A DNA stretch of 64,000 nucleotides, from positions 3,808,001 through 3,872,000 of the forward strand of contig CAVTTN010000002.1 of NCBI GenBank assembly GCA_963737655.1, in the 5' to 3' direction. Both the position numbers and the translations under genes were made by a program. The notes below the pieces were generated by a model, which was not told where the DNA came from, ran no database searches, and worked only from the letters and a program-made list of their open reading frames with translations. Shown here one piece after another: positions 10,288 through 19,694 of the stretch; position 1 is the stretch's first letter; each line of letters begins with the position of its first letter. This stretch comes from an uncultured Planctomycetota bacterium. GTDB taxonomy: Bacteria; Planctomycetota; Planctomycetia; Isosphaerales; Isosphaeraceae.

Positions 10288-12854
10288 ATGATTCGATCCG
10301 ATCCTCTCGGCCCGCTGTCCGGGGCCGTCCGAGCCTGGTTCGAGCGAGCGTTCCCCGGAGGCCCGACCCCGGCCCAGGAGGCGGCCTGGCCGGCGATCGC
10401 CGAGGGCGGCCATTCCCTGATCGTCTCGCCCACCGGCTCGGGCAAGACGCTCGCCGGCTTCCTCGCGATCGTCGATCGTCTCCATCGCGAGCACGCCGCG
10501 GGCTCGTTGAAACCGGGCATTCGTTGCGTCTATGTGTCGCCGCTCAGGAGCCTGGGATACGACGTCGAGACGAACCTTTCGGAGCCTCTCGAAGCGATCC
10601 GGGCCGACCTCGGCCTGCCGAGATCGCCGGTCTCGGTGGGCGTCCGCACCGGCGACACCTCGGCCCACTTCCGCCGGAAGATGCGGGCCGACCCGCCTCA
10701 CCTGCTGATCACCACCCCGGAGAGCCTGGCTCTGATGCTCGCCCAATCGGCGTGGGGGGCGATGTGGAGCGGGGTCGAGCAAATCCTCGTGGACGAGATC
10801 CACGCGGTCGTGCCGACCAAGAGGGGGGCGGACCTCTCGGCGTCCCTGGAACGCCTGGCGAGCCGGGCGGCGAGCGACCCGGTCCGCGTCGGCCTCTCGG
10901 CGACGTGCCGGCCGGCCGAGGTCGCCGCGCGGTTCCTGGTCGGACCCGGTCGCGATTGCCGGATCATCGAGGCGGAGCCGCCCGTCGGTTCCGGCCCGCC
11001 GGCCATCGAGGTCGAATCGCTCCTGAGGCGCGACGAGGCGGCCCATCGCGGCCTGACCTATCGCCGACTGATCCGGCGAATCCGCGACCAGGTCGCGACC
11101 GATCGCACGACGGTGGTTTTCGCGAACACGCGAGCCCTCGCCGAGAAAATTACGCACGACCTGCGACGGACCGAGTCCTCCGTGGCGGCCCACCACTCCG
11201 CGCTCGACGCGACGAGGAGGCGGGAAGTCGAGGCCGGGCTGAAATCGGGCGATCTGCGAGCGGTCGTCACGAGCACGAGCCTGGAGCTGGGCGTGGACAT
11301 CGGCTCGGCCGATTCGGCGGTGCTGGTCGGCCTGCCGGGGAGCGTCTCGCGATGCGTGCAGAGAGTCGGCCGGTCCGGGCATCGGCCGGGGTCTCGGACC
11401 CGAGGCGTGATCCTCGCCGCGACTCCGGCGGAGCTGGCCGGCGCGGTGGTCACGGCCGCGTCGTCGAGGGCGGGCCGGGTCGAGCCGCTGAGGCCGATCC
11501 GCAGCCCTCTGGATGTGCTCTGTCAGCAGTTGATCGGCATGAGTTGCTCGGAGGAATGGTCGGCCGACGAGGCCTTCGCCCTGCTCGGCCGGTCGGCCGC
11601 GTTCGCCGACCTGAGCCGCCCGGACTTCGACGATTGCCTCGCCTTCCTCGCCGGAGAACTCGCCTCGCCGGCCGGGGCGTTCGAGCCCGAGCCGGGGGCC
11701 GAGCCGAGGTGGACGGCGCCTCGGATCTGGAAGTTGAAGGGGCGATTCGGCGTGCGCAACCGGCGGGTGATCCGCTGGCTCCTCGGCAATGTCGGCACGA
11801 TCACGACCGAGGAGACGGTGTTCGTGGTCCTCGACGGCCGGGAGATCGGCTCCCTCGAAGCCTCGTACGCGGAGCGTCTCCAGGTCGGCGATCGGTTCGT
11901 GCTCGACGGCCGGTCCCTGGAATTCCTCGGGCTCGACGGCCTCAAACTCAAGGCGAAGCCGGCCGCCGGCGAGCCCGAATTGCCGAGGTGGACGAGCGAT
12001 CGGCAATCGCTCTCGGCCGAGCTGGCCCGAGACGTGGCCGCGTTTCGGGAGGAGGCGGGCCGGCTCCTGGTCGAATCGCCCTCGGCGCTGCGATCGTGGC
12101 TGGTGGAGGGGCAATCGCTCGACCTCGAGGCCGCGGGCGTGCTCGAAGACCTGCTCTCGGCCCAGGGTTCCCTGAGCGAGATCCCGCCTCCGGGCGGGCT
12201 GCTCGTCGAGGAATGGCCTCATGAACACGGGTTGGCGTATACCTTTCACGTCCCCCTCGCCCGGTCGGCGTGCGAGGCGATGGGACGGGCGGTCTCGGCG
12301 AGACTCGGGCGGCGGAGCGGTCGCGACCTGGCGTTGACCGTCGCCGATCTCGGTTTTTCGATCCGCTTGAGCGAGGGGCGCGGATCGGCGCGGACGAGCT
12401 TCCGGCGCTGCTCTCGCCCGATCGCTTCGCGGAGGACGTTTTGGAAGGTCTGGACCGCGGTGAGTTGCCGGCCCGGCGGTTCCGCCACGTGGCGAGCACG
12501 GCGATGATGGTCCTGAAGCGGCCCGAGGGCGGGCGGACGCGGGTCGGCGGGATGCTCTGGGTCAGTCGTCGCCTGTTCCCCCTGGTCAAGGCGGCGAGCC
12601 CGGATCATCCGCTGCTCCGGGAAACGTCTCGTGAGGTCCTGGAGGATCTCCTGGACGCCCCGGCGGCCCTGGAGTGGCTGAAGTCCTCGCCCGAAATCCG
12701 GTTCCGCTCGCTCGACGGCCCATCGCCGTTCACCACGGCGTGGATCGACGCCTCCGCCCCCGAACCGATGCGGTTCGAGCCGCCCGAAGAGGCGTTGCGC
12801 CGGCTCCATGCCCGATTAATCGGCGAGCCGGGAGGCATGCTCACGTCGTCGTGA
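10288..12854 (+). CDS. lhr: Lhr-family DEAD/DEAH-box helicase (one frameshift near 12375-12378)
   Basis: Q motif PTPAQ..AWP, SPTGSGKT, YVSPLRSL, TTPESL, VDEIH, GLSAT, HHSAL, TSSLELGVDIG, QRVGRSGH. The C-terminal domain (RRFRHVA..A.MVL) continues in another frame; one more G in the G4 run restores it. Confidence 0.88.
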
Positions 12855-12894
12855 GCACGCCTCCCGGGGATTCCTCGACGCGGTTGTCGAGGGC

Positions 12895-14409
12895 CTATTG
12901 ACAGGTCATGCACGCCGGGACGGCGACGGGGACCATGGTGCAGCTCGTCACGGGAACCTGGCGGGCGACTTGCCGGGCCACGCACCGGGTGTAGGTCACC
13001 GGCACCCGCTCCGCCACGCAGACCGGGACCTGACGGACGGCCGTTTCGGCGACCATCGAGCAAGTCCGCACGGGGATATTCTCGACCTTCTCCTCGCGGA
13101 CCATCGAGCAGGTGGTCACGGGCACGTTCTCGACCTTCTCCTCGCGGACCATCTGGCAGGTGCGGACCTCGTACGGCTGAATCCGCTCCTCCTGGACCAT
13201 CGAGCAGGTCGTCACCGGGATCTGTTCAACCTTCTCCTCGCGGACGATCTGGCAGGTGCGGACCTCGTACGGCTGAATCCGCTCCTCCTGGACCATCGAG
13301 CAGGTGGTCACGGGGACTTGCTCGACCTTCTCCTCCCGGACCATGGAGCACGTCCTCACCTCGTAGGGCTGGATGCGCTCTTCCTGGACCATCTGGCAGG
13401 AGACGACCGGGATGTTTTCGACCCTCTCCTCCGAGGTGTAGGAGCAGGTCTGGACCGGGATCATCCGGGTGGCCGTCTCCGTCACGTAGCGGGTTTCGGC
13501 CACCTGGCGGGTGACGGTCCGGGGCACGTAGACCCGTTCGCAGACGGTCCTCGGCGCGCACTGGACCGTGACCGGGACGCAGCCCCCGCAAGAGTCCATG
13601 GCCATCCGGGTCACGGTCGGCCCGGGGACCTGAACGGCTCGGGTTTCGTAGTAGCCGCACTCCACCGCCTCTTCCCTCATCGTCGTGACCGGCCGGCAGA
13701 CGGTGTACGGCTGGGCGACCATCGCGGTCTGGTAGACCGGTCGTCGAACCGTGTACCTCCTCTGGACGTTGCTGGTCTGGTAGACCGGCCTCATCACCGT
13801 GTACTTCCGTTCGAGCCGTTGCGTCTGGTACACCGGCTTGCAGACCGTGTACTTCCTCTCGACGTAGCTCGTCTGATACACCGGCCGGCAGACGGTGTAT
13901 TTCCGCTCCAACCGCTGGGTCGAATAGACGGGCTTGCAGACCGTGTACTTCCGTTCGACGTAGCTCGTCTGGTAAACGGGCCGGCAAACGGTGTACTTGC
14001 GTTCGTACCTCTGCGTGGAATAGACCGGCTTGCAGACGGTGTACGTCCGCGGGATGTAGGCGGTCTGGTAGACGGGCCGGCAGACCGTGTACTTCCTCTC
14101 GACGTAGCTCGTCTGATAGACGGGCTTCATCACCTGATACGACTGAGGCTGAAGGACGGTCCTCATCCGGGTCTCGTAGGCGGTGAACGGCTGATTCTCG
14201 TACACCGTCTCGTACACCGTGCGCATCGTCGTGGTGTACTGGGGCTGGAGGGCCACCGTCGTACACTGGGTCGCGACCACGGGGGCCGGTCCGCATCGAT
14301 ACGACGCCCCCCCGCAGTACGAGGCGCCGGCCGTTGCCGAGAGCCCGAGGACCAGCACGGCCCCGGCGGCGAGCGTTCTGACGATCGAAACAGTCCTGAG
14401 CCTGAGCAT
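12895..14409 (-). CDS. YTV-repeat, Cys-rich exported envelope protein
   Basis: ATG at 14409 has a GAGGAGG RBS and a signal peptide (LAAGAVLVLGLSATAGA). 16-aa repeats YTVCRPVYQTSYVERK in the N-half and VREEKVEQIPVTTCSM in the C-half. Confidence 0.9.
   Translation of the reverse strand: MLRLRTVSIVRTLAAGAVLVLGLSATAGASYCGGASYRCGPAPVVATQCTTVALQPQYTTTMRTVYETVYENQPFTAYETRMRTVLQPQSYQVMKPVYQTSYVERKYTVCRPVYQTAYIPRTYTVCKPVYSTQRYERKYTVCRPVYQTSYVERKYTVCKPVYSTQRLERKYTVCRPVYQTSYVERKYTVCKPVYQTQRLERKYTVMRPVYQTSNVQRRYTVRRPVYQTAMVAQPYTVCRPVTTMREEAVECGYYETRAVQVPGPTVTRMAMDSCGGCVPVTVQCAPRTVCERVYVPRTVTRQVAETRYVTETATRMIPVQTCSYTSEERVENIPVVSCQMVQEERIQPYEVRTCSMVREEKVEQVPVTTCSMVQEERIQPYEVRTCQIVREEKVEQIPVTTCSMVQEERIQPYEVRTCQMVREEKVENVPVTTCSMVREEKVENIPVRTCSMVAETAVRQVPVCVAERVPVTYTRCVARQVARQVPVTSCTMVPVAVPACMTCQ
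13050..13470 (-). repeat. 48-nt coding tandem repeat, C-terminal array of the YTV protein
   Basis: Alternating units VQEERIQPYEVRTC(S/Q)(M/I) and VREEKVE(Q/N)(V/I)PVTTCSM. Confidence 0.85.
13665..14140 (-). repeat. 48-nt coding tandem repeat, N-terminal YTV array
   Basis: Alternating units YTVCRPVYQTSYVERK and YTVCKPVY(S/Q)TQR(L/Y)ERK. Confidence 0.85.
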
Positions 14410-14588
14410 CGCGTCGTCCCTCCTCGGCGGCTCGAACGTCCGTGATGCGTCCGCCCGGATGTCGATCTTCGCCGCCAAGGAGGAGGACACTTCGTCCCTG
14501 AATCGATCCCCCCGCCTCCCTGATCGTCCCAGATAACCCCGATCGTCGCTTCGATCGAATTCCCTGGACAATCAGGCGTGACGAGTCC

Positions 14589-14626
14589 AGTATAACATGG
14601 GCAATTTGCGAGGAACGGGAAATTGC
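14589..14626 (-). promoter_or_regulatory. Putative extended -10 promoter and upstream palindrome for the YTV gene
   Basis: Minus strand reads TGTTATACT at 14597-14589, with GCAATTT-N12-AAATTGC at 14601-14626. Confidence 0.4.
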
Positions 14627-14800
14627 AGATTTGCGCTCAACTTCCGCCCGGATCGGGCCGACGGGGCGCGGAAAACCAGATCAAGCAAAGCCCGGACCCC
14701 GACCGTCGAGGACGACCGGGCCGTCGTCTTTACCGATTGTGACGAAAGGGGATGCATCTTGCGGAATTGAGCCGGGAGGCGGTCGGCTTCGACCACCTGC

Positions 14801-15830
14801 TCAGCGGTTTTCTGGCATTTTTTTCAGGAGGCTGCGGGCCTCGACCTGGACGGCGCGCGGGCCGTCCTTCGCCAGGGCGACGATTTCGCCACGCGCCTTC
14901 TCGGCCAGGGCGGGTTTGGTGGGCGCGGAGACCTGCAAGGCCCAGAGCGTCTCCAGCTCGATGGCTTCGATGGCCGATTCGGTCTCCGACGGCGTGGGCC
15001 GCTGGATGACCTGCTTGAGATCCCTGGGGGAAAGCATCTCGCGGACGAACGGCGCCGCCTGGGGGTCTCCGCGACGGGCCAGGGCCACGGCGGCGTTGTA
15101 CTTGACGGTGCGGTCCTCGTCCTCGTCGAGCCGTTTGCGAAGCGCCCTCACGCTCTCATCGCCCGAGAAGAAGCCGAGCGCAGTACGAGGCCCGGGCGCG
15201 GACCTCGGCATCCTCGGGTTCGGCGTTGGCCTCCGCCGCCTGGGCCAGGGCGCGGACGGCCCGCTCGTCGCCGAACGACCCCCCTTCCCTCTCGGCCTGG
15301 CGAGACAGGCTCAATGCGGCATAAATCCGAACCGCCGGGGGTTGCTCCGGCCCCAGGGCCCGGCATAGCGACGCGATCGGGTCGGGCGTCTCGCCTTCGA
15401 CCGGCTTGGCCTTGAGCGTCTGGAACGAGCCGAGGGTCATCGCGAGGTACTGCGCCAGCTCGGGCTTTTCCTTCTTCGGGTGGTCGAGCTCGCGGTTCAG
15501 AAGGACGGTCAGCTCTCCGAGCAAGGCGCCGTCGCTGGCGAGCTTCGCGTCGTTGTGGATCAGGCTGGCGAGTTCATGGGCCGATCGCCACCGCCGGTTC
15601 TCGTTGTCCGACTTGATCGACCGGACGTAATCCATCACGTCCCGTCCGCCATTGGCCAGCCTCCCGAACGGAAGCTGCACCAACGCGACATACGCCACCA
15701 CGAGGACCAGGACGATCGCGGCGGGGATCACGAACAACTGGACGATGAACCGGGCCGACGGCGGCTCGACGGGCGGCAGCTCGGTCGGCAGCTCGGAGTG
15801 GATCGAGCCGTTGGGTTTCGGGTCGGTCAT
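14801..15830 (-). CDS. Membrane-anchored HEAT-repeat protein (frameshift near 15182)
   Basis: One TM helix (FIVQLFVIPAAIVLVLVV) and HEAT units (VRIYAALSL, VRARASY/ALG, VKYNAAVALARRG). The frame switches at a single extra base. Confidence 0.8.
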
Positions 15831-15911
15831 GAAAGGGCCGGGTGGATCGGGGCGTGGGGAGAGATCGCGTCCGGTGTCAGTGTAGGAAAATCGGGGCCGC
15901 CCCGCCAAGGG

Positions 15912-17276
15912 TCAGGATCTCGCGGCCTTCGAAGCGAAGTAGGCCGGCACGCCCGCCGCCACGATCCCCAGGCCCGCCACGGACGCCCACCGTTGCCGGG
16001 AATCCGCGAGCGAGAAGCCCAGGGAGAGCGCCGTGAACACCACGAACACGGACGGGACGATCGGATACAACGGGACCCGGAACGGCCGGGGCAGTCCGGG
16101 GCGGGTCCGGCGGAGGACGAAGACCGCCGAGACCGTCATCAGGCTGCAAAGCCCCAGGGCGACCCCCGAGGCGAACACGATTTGCTCGAACGCGCCGGCC
16201 CAGAGGACCATCAGAGAACCGAGTGCCACGAAGGCCGTGGCGATCGCCGGAGATCGGCCTCGCGAGGTCTCCCGGGCGAGCCACGAAGGCAACCGACCGT
16301 CCCGGGCCATCGCCGAGGCGACCCTCGGGCCGGTCACGATCAGGGCGCTCAGCGACGCGAGCAGGACCAATCCGCAGCCCATCGTGACGATTCCGGCGGC
16401 CCTCGCCGGGAACAGCCGATCGGCCGCGATCTCGGCGATCTTCTCGACCGATTCCCGCCCCTCCGTCGCCGCGATCCGCCGGAGCTCGGCCATCGGCACG
16501 GCCAGGGCATATACCAGGTTCAAGCCGAGATAGAGCACCACGACGAGCCAGGTCCCCAGGCCGATCGCGCGGGGCAGACGTTTCTGGGGGTCTTCAATCT
16601 CCCCGGCCACATACGCCGCCGCATTCCATCCCGTATAGGAATAGGAAATGAACACAAGACTGACAAACAGCGACGAGGGCCTGGGGCGGCCGATCGGCCC
16701 CAGAGCCGGGCCGATCGCCGATGTCCGCGAGGCCGCCACGAGGCCCGCGATCACGAACGTGACCAGCATGGCGAGCGTCGAGACCGTGGCCACGCCCTGG
16801 ACGGCGGCCGTCCTCGATCGGCCCGACGCATGAGCCATCGCCAGGAGGACGACCAGGCCCGAGGCGACCAGGCGGACGGTCCCGGTCCCGAACCGGGCCG
16901 GGCCGATGACCGACAGGAAGTAATCGGCCGACGCCCACGCCGTCGCCGCGATCGGCGCGACGAATCCCATGAGCAGCGAGACCCAGCCGCCGAGGAAGCC
17001 GATCAGGGGGCCGTAGGCTTCGCCGAGGATCACGAACTCGCCGCCGGAGCGCGGCAGCGAGGCGGAAAGCTCGGCCAGGGTGAACGCCCCGCACGCGGCG
17101 ATCACCCCTCCGAGGACCCAGGCCAGCAACATCCACGAATGACTGCCCAGGTCCAGGGCGACGTATCCGGAGGTGGTCAACACTCCGCTGCCGACGGTGC
17201 TGGAGACGATCACGAACGTGGCCGTCCCCAGGGAAAAGCCGCGAGTCGCCGGAGGCTCGCCGCCCGGCCCGGTCAA
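15912..17276 (-). CDS. APC-family amino acid permease
   Basis: TVGSGV in TM1, AELSASLPRSGGEF, YSYTGW...AGEIEDPQKRLPRAI, RPFRVPLYP; about 12 TM segments. Confidence 0.93.
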   Translation of the reverse strand: MTGPGGEPPATRGFSLGTATFVIVSSTVGSGVLTTSGYVALDLGSHSWMLLAWVLGGVIAACGAFTLAELSASLPRSGGEFVILGEAYGPLIGFLGGWVSLLMGFVAPIAATAWASADYFLSVIGPARFGTGTVRLVASGLVVLLAMAHASGRSRTAAVQGVATVSTLAMLVTFVIAGLVAASRTSAIGPALGPIGRPRPSSLFVSLVFISYSYTGWNAAAYVAGEIEDPQKRLPRAIGLGTWLVVVLYLGLNLVYALAVPMAELRRIAATEGRESVEKIAEIAADRLFPARAAGIVTMGCGLVLLASLSALIVTGPRVASAMARDGRLPSWLARETSRGRSPAIATAFVALGSLMVLWAGAFEQIVFASGVALGLCSLMTVSAVFVLRRTRPGLPRPFRVPLYPIVPSVFVVFTALSLGFSLADSRQRWASVAGLGIVAAGVPAYFASKAARS

Positions 17277-18223
17277 TCGCGAGGGGTGGTCGAGGGCAGG
17301 TCGGGCAACGGGTCCGGCATCGGCGGGGGCGGCGGAACGGCCTGCGAGGGGGGCGGGGTCGTCAGGTCGAGCGGGGGCTCGCCGCTCGGCAGGTTCATCG
17401 GCTCGGGATTCGCCGCCGGAGCGGGCTGCGCCGCCCGGGGCCGACCGAGCTTCTTGTAGGCCACCGTCGCCACGTCGCGAACTTCCTGCTTCCGGTCGTA
17501 GAGCTGCGCCTTTTCGAGCGCGAGCGCGGCCCCCGGGGCGCCGATCTCGCCCAGGGCCCAGGCCGAGGCCACCCTCACGTCCTTATCGAAGTCCTTTTCG
17601 AGCCGCTCGACCAGGGGGCGGACCGCGCGGGCGTCGCCGAGCCGACCCAGGGTCAGCGCGGCGTCCCTCCGGCTGTTGGCGTGATAGCTCTTGAGCCGCT
17701 CGGCTGCCTGGGCGACCGGATCGACCATCACGGTCTGGGGCGCCGAGGGTTCCGCGTACCGGACCGGAGGCTGATACACCACCTGGGGAGGAGGCTCGGC
17801 CACGACCACCGGCGGAGGAGGCGGCGGGGGCGAATTGAAGAAGAAGCTGAAGAACGGCAGACCGCCGCCAACCACCACCGGAGCAGGCGCCGGGACGAAG
17901 ACCTCGGGCTGGACGAACACGTTCCGCTCGATGATCCGCGGACCCCCGCCGCCGCCGATGAACGGCCCGGGGCCCCCGCCGTAGATGGACCGGGGCCCTC
18001 GGATCACGGTGTCTCGCTCGAAGGTCTGATTGCCCCTCTGGATGCGGACGTCTCGCTCGACGTAACCCGGCCCTCGCTTCGATTCGATCTTACGCTCGAT
18101 CGACCGACCGCGAGGCCCCGTGACCTTCGTATCGCGCTCGATGACCTGTCCGAGGACCGTCGAGCCGCTCAGGGCGAGGGTCGCGGCCACCAGCGCCGCC
18201 CCTCGATGCATGCCCGTCTTCAT
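17273..18223 (-). CDS. Exported Pro-rich HEAT-repeat protein
   Basis: Signal peptide, TGPRGRSIER segment, poly-Pro linker, and HEAT/PBS repeats (SRRDAALTLGRLGD, VRVASAWALGEIG). Confidence 0.82.
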   Translation of the reverse strand: MKTGMHRGAALVAATLALSGSTVLGQVIERDTKVTGPRGRSIERKIESKRGPGYVERDVRIQRGNQTFERDTVIRGPRSIYGGGPGPFIGGGGGPRIIERNVFVQPEVFVPAPAPVVVGGGLPFFSFFFNSPPPPPPPVVVAEPPPQVVYQPPVRYAEPSAPQTVMVDPVAQAAERLKSYHANSRRDAALTLGRLGDARAVRPLVERLEKDFDKDVRVASAWALGEIGAPGAALALEKAQLYDRKQEVRDVATVAYKKLGRPRAAQPAPAANPEPMNLPSGEPPLDLTTPPPSQAVPPPPPMPDPLPDLPSTTPRD

Positions 18224-18481
18224 GAGGTGATTCTCCCGCGATCCGTCGCCGAGTCCCCGCGAAGGCCGGCCGACCTCGCGACGAGAGGGCGCCGACCGGC
18301 CCGGGATTGTCCGAATCCGAGCGGATTTGGGAAGGGCAATCGGGCCCGGCCCGCCGAGGGCCGCCGATCGCTCCATTTCTGAGTATCGGCCGGGTCGGAC
18401 CGGTTTCTCCGGTGGATTTCCGGGAGATTTCGTGGTGAAATGCACTCCGAGACAATTGTCCGAGGCTCGGGGATACCGATC

Positions 18482-19672
18482 ATGACGCCGGCCGTGGCGG
18501 GAAGGACGCTCCGAAATCGCCTGGCCGGAATGGGGCGCCGGCGGAAGCTCGTGGCGGCCATCCTCCTCGGTTTCCTGGCAGTGGGCGGCTGGAAGCTCTG
18601 GGATTGGTGGGCGTCATGGCCGGCTCGGCTCGTCATCCTCGACCCCTCCCAACCGCGTTGGGACGAGCCGGCGGACCGACGGACGTTCCCCGAGGATTCC
18701 TCGCCCGACGGCCGGACGCTCGTGGCCAGCGGGCCGAAGGGCCTGGTGTCTCTGGACACGCAATCGGGCCATCCGCGAGCGATCTGGCCCGTGACCCCGG
18801 GCCGCTGGGTCTTTCACGGCGAGTTCAGCCCCGACGGCCGGACCTTCCTGGCCTTGTGGATCCATCGGGGCTCGCCAACCGCCACCATCCAGGTGGATTT
18901 GATCGATACAAAGACAGGCCGCGGCCTCGCCTCCGTGCCGACGCCCTGGGGCGGTCATCTCGGCCTGGCGTTCCTGCCCGATGGCAAGACCGCTAGGGAG
19001 GCGACCACGGATGGGAAGGTGGTGGATCTCGTCGATTTCGACCTCGAGACGGGCCGGGTCCGCGCGGAACGGAGGTTGAGCACGTCCCTACCTCCGTCGC
19101 TGGGCTCGATGTCCCGGGACGGCCGGCTCGTGGCCTCGGTGGATGGTTTTCTGGGGCTTCGGACTCCCGGTCCCGGGCCGGAGGTCGTCCTTTGGGACGT
19201 GGAATCCGACCACGAGATCGCCCGGTTCGACCCCGGGCGTGCGGACGTCGCGATCACGGCCCTGAAGGTCTCTCCCGATGCGTCCCGATTGGCGATCGGC
19301 CGAGCCGACGCGTCCCTGGAGCTCTGGGACGTCGCTTCAAGAAGCCGGGTGTCCTTGATCCGAGGGCATTCGTCCGGATTCTCACCCATGAACCTCGGTT
19401 TTTCGCCCGATGGCACTCGCCTGGCCTCGATGGGGCGCTTCAACGGCCTGGCGATCTCGGGAGATCGGCTGAGGATGGAGATCGCTCGCTTCACCGGCGG
19501 ATGGGGCTATCAGAACCCCGTCGAGCTGATCGTCGTGGACGTCCCGAGCGGGAAACGGGTCGGCAAGACCAGGGACGAGGGCCGACCGGTCTTCCTCCGA
19601 GACGGCCGCGGCCTCGCGACGATCGACCGGAGCGGCTCGATCCGAATCCGGGACCTGCCCGCCCCGCGATGA
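18482..19672 (+). CDS. Membrane-anchored WD40/beta-propeller protein
   Basis: N-terminal TM helix, repeated (F)SPDG motifs and LWD motifs. Start codon uncertain (18482 or 18530). Confidence 0.8.
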   Translation: MTPAVAGRTLRNRLAGMGRRRKLVAAILLGFLAVGGWKLWDWWASWPARLVILDPSQPRWDEPADRRTFPEDSSPDGRTLVASGPKGLVSLDTQSGHPRAIWPVTPGRWVFHGEFSPDGRTFLALWIHRGSPTATIQVDLIDTKTGRGLASVPTPWGGHLGLAFLPDGKTAREATTDGKVVDLVDFDLETGRVRAERRLSTSLPPSLGSMSRDGRLVASVDGFLGLRTPGPGPEVVLWDVESDHEIARFDPGRADVAITALKVSPDASRLAIGRADASLELWDVASRSRVSLIRGHSSGFSPMNLGFSPDGTRLASMGRFNGLAISGDRLRMEIARFTGGWGYQNPVELIVVDVPSGKRVGKTRDEGRPVFLRDGRGLATIDRSGSIRIRDLPAPR

Positions 19673-19694
19673 TGCTCCGTGAGCCACGCGTGAC

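Noticed and set aside
12361..12390. Programmed ribosomal frameshift in lhr
   Set aside because: There is no slippery heptamer, and similar single-base breaks occur in many unrelated genes.
13050..14140. 48-nt periodic repeats as a CRISPR array
   Set aside because: They are in-frame coding repeats with synonymous variation and no unique spacers, and no cas genes are present.
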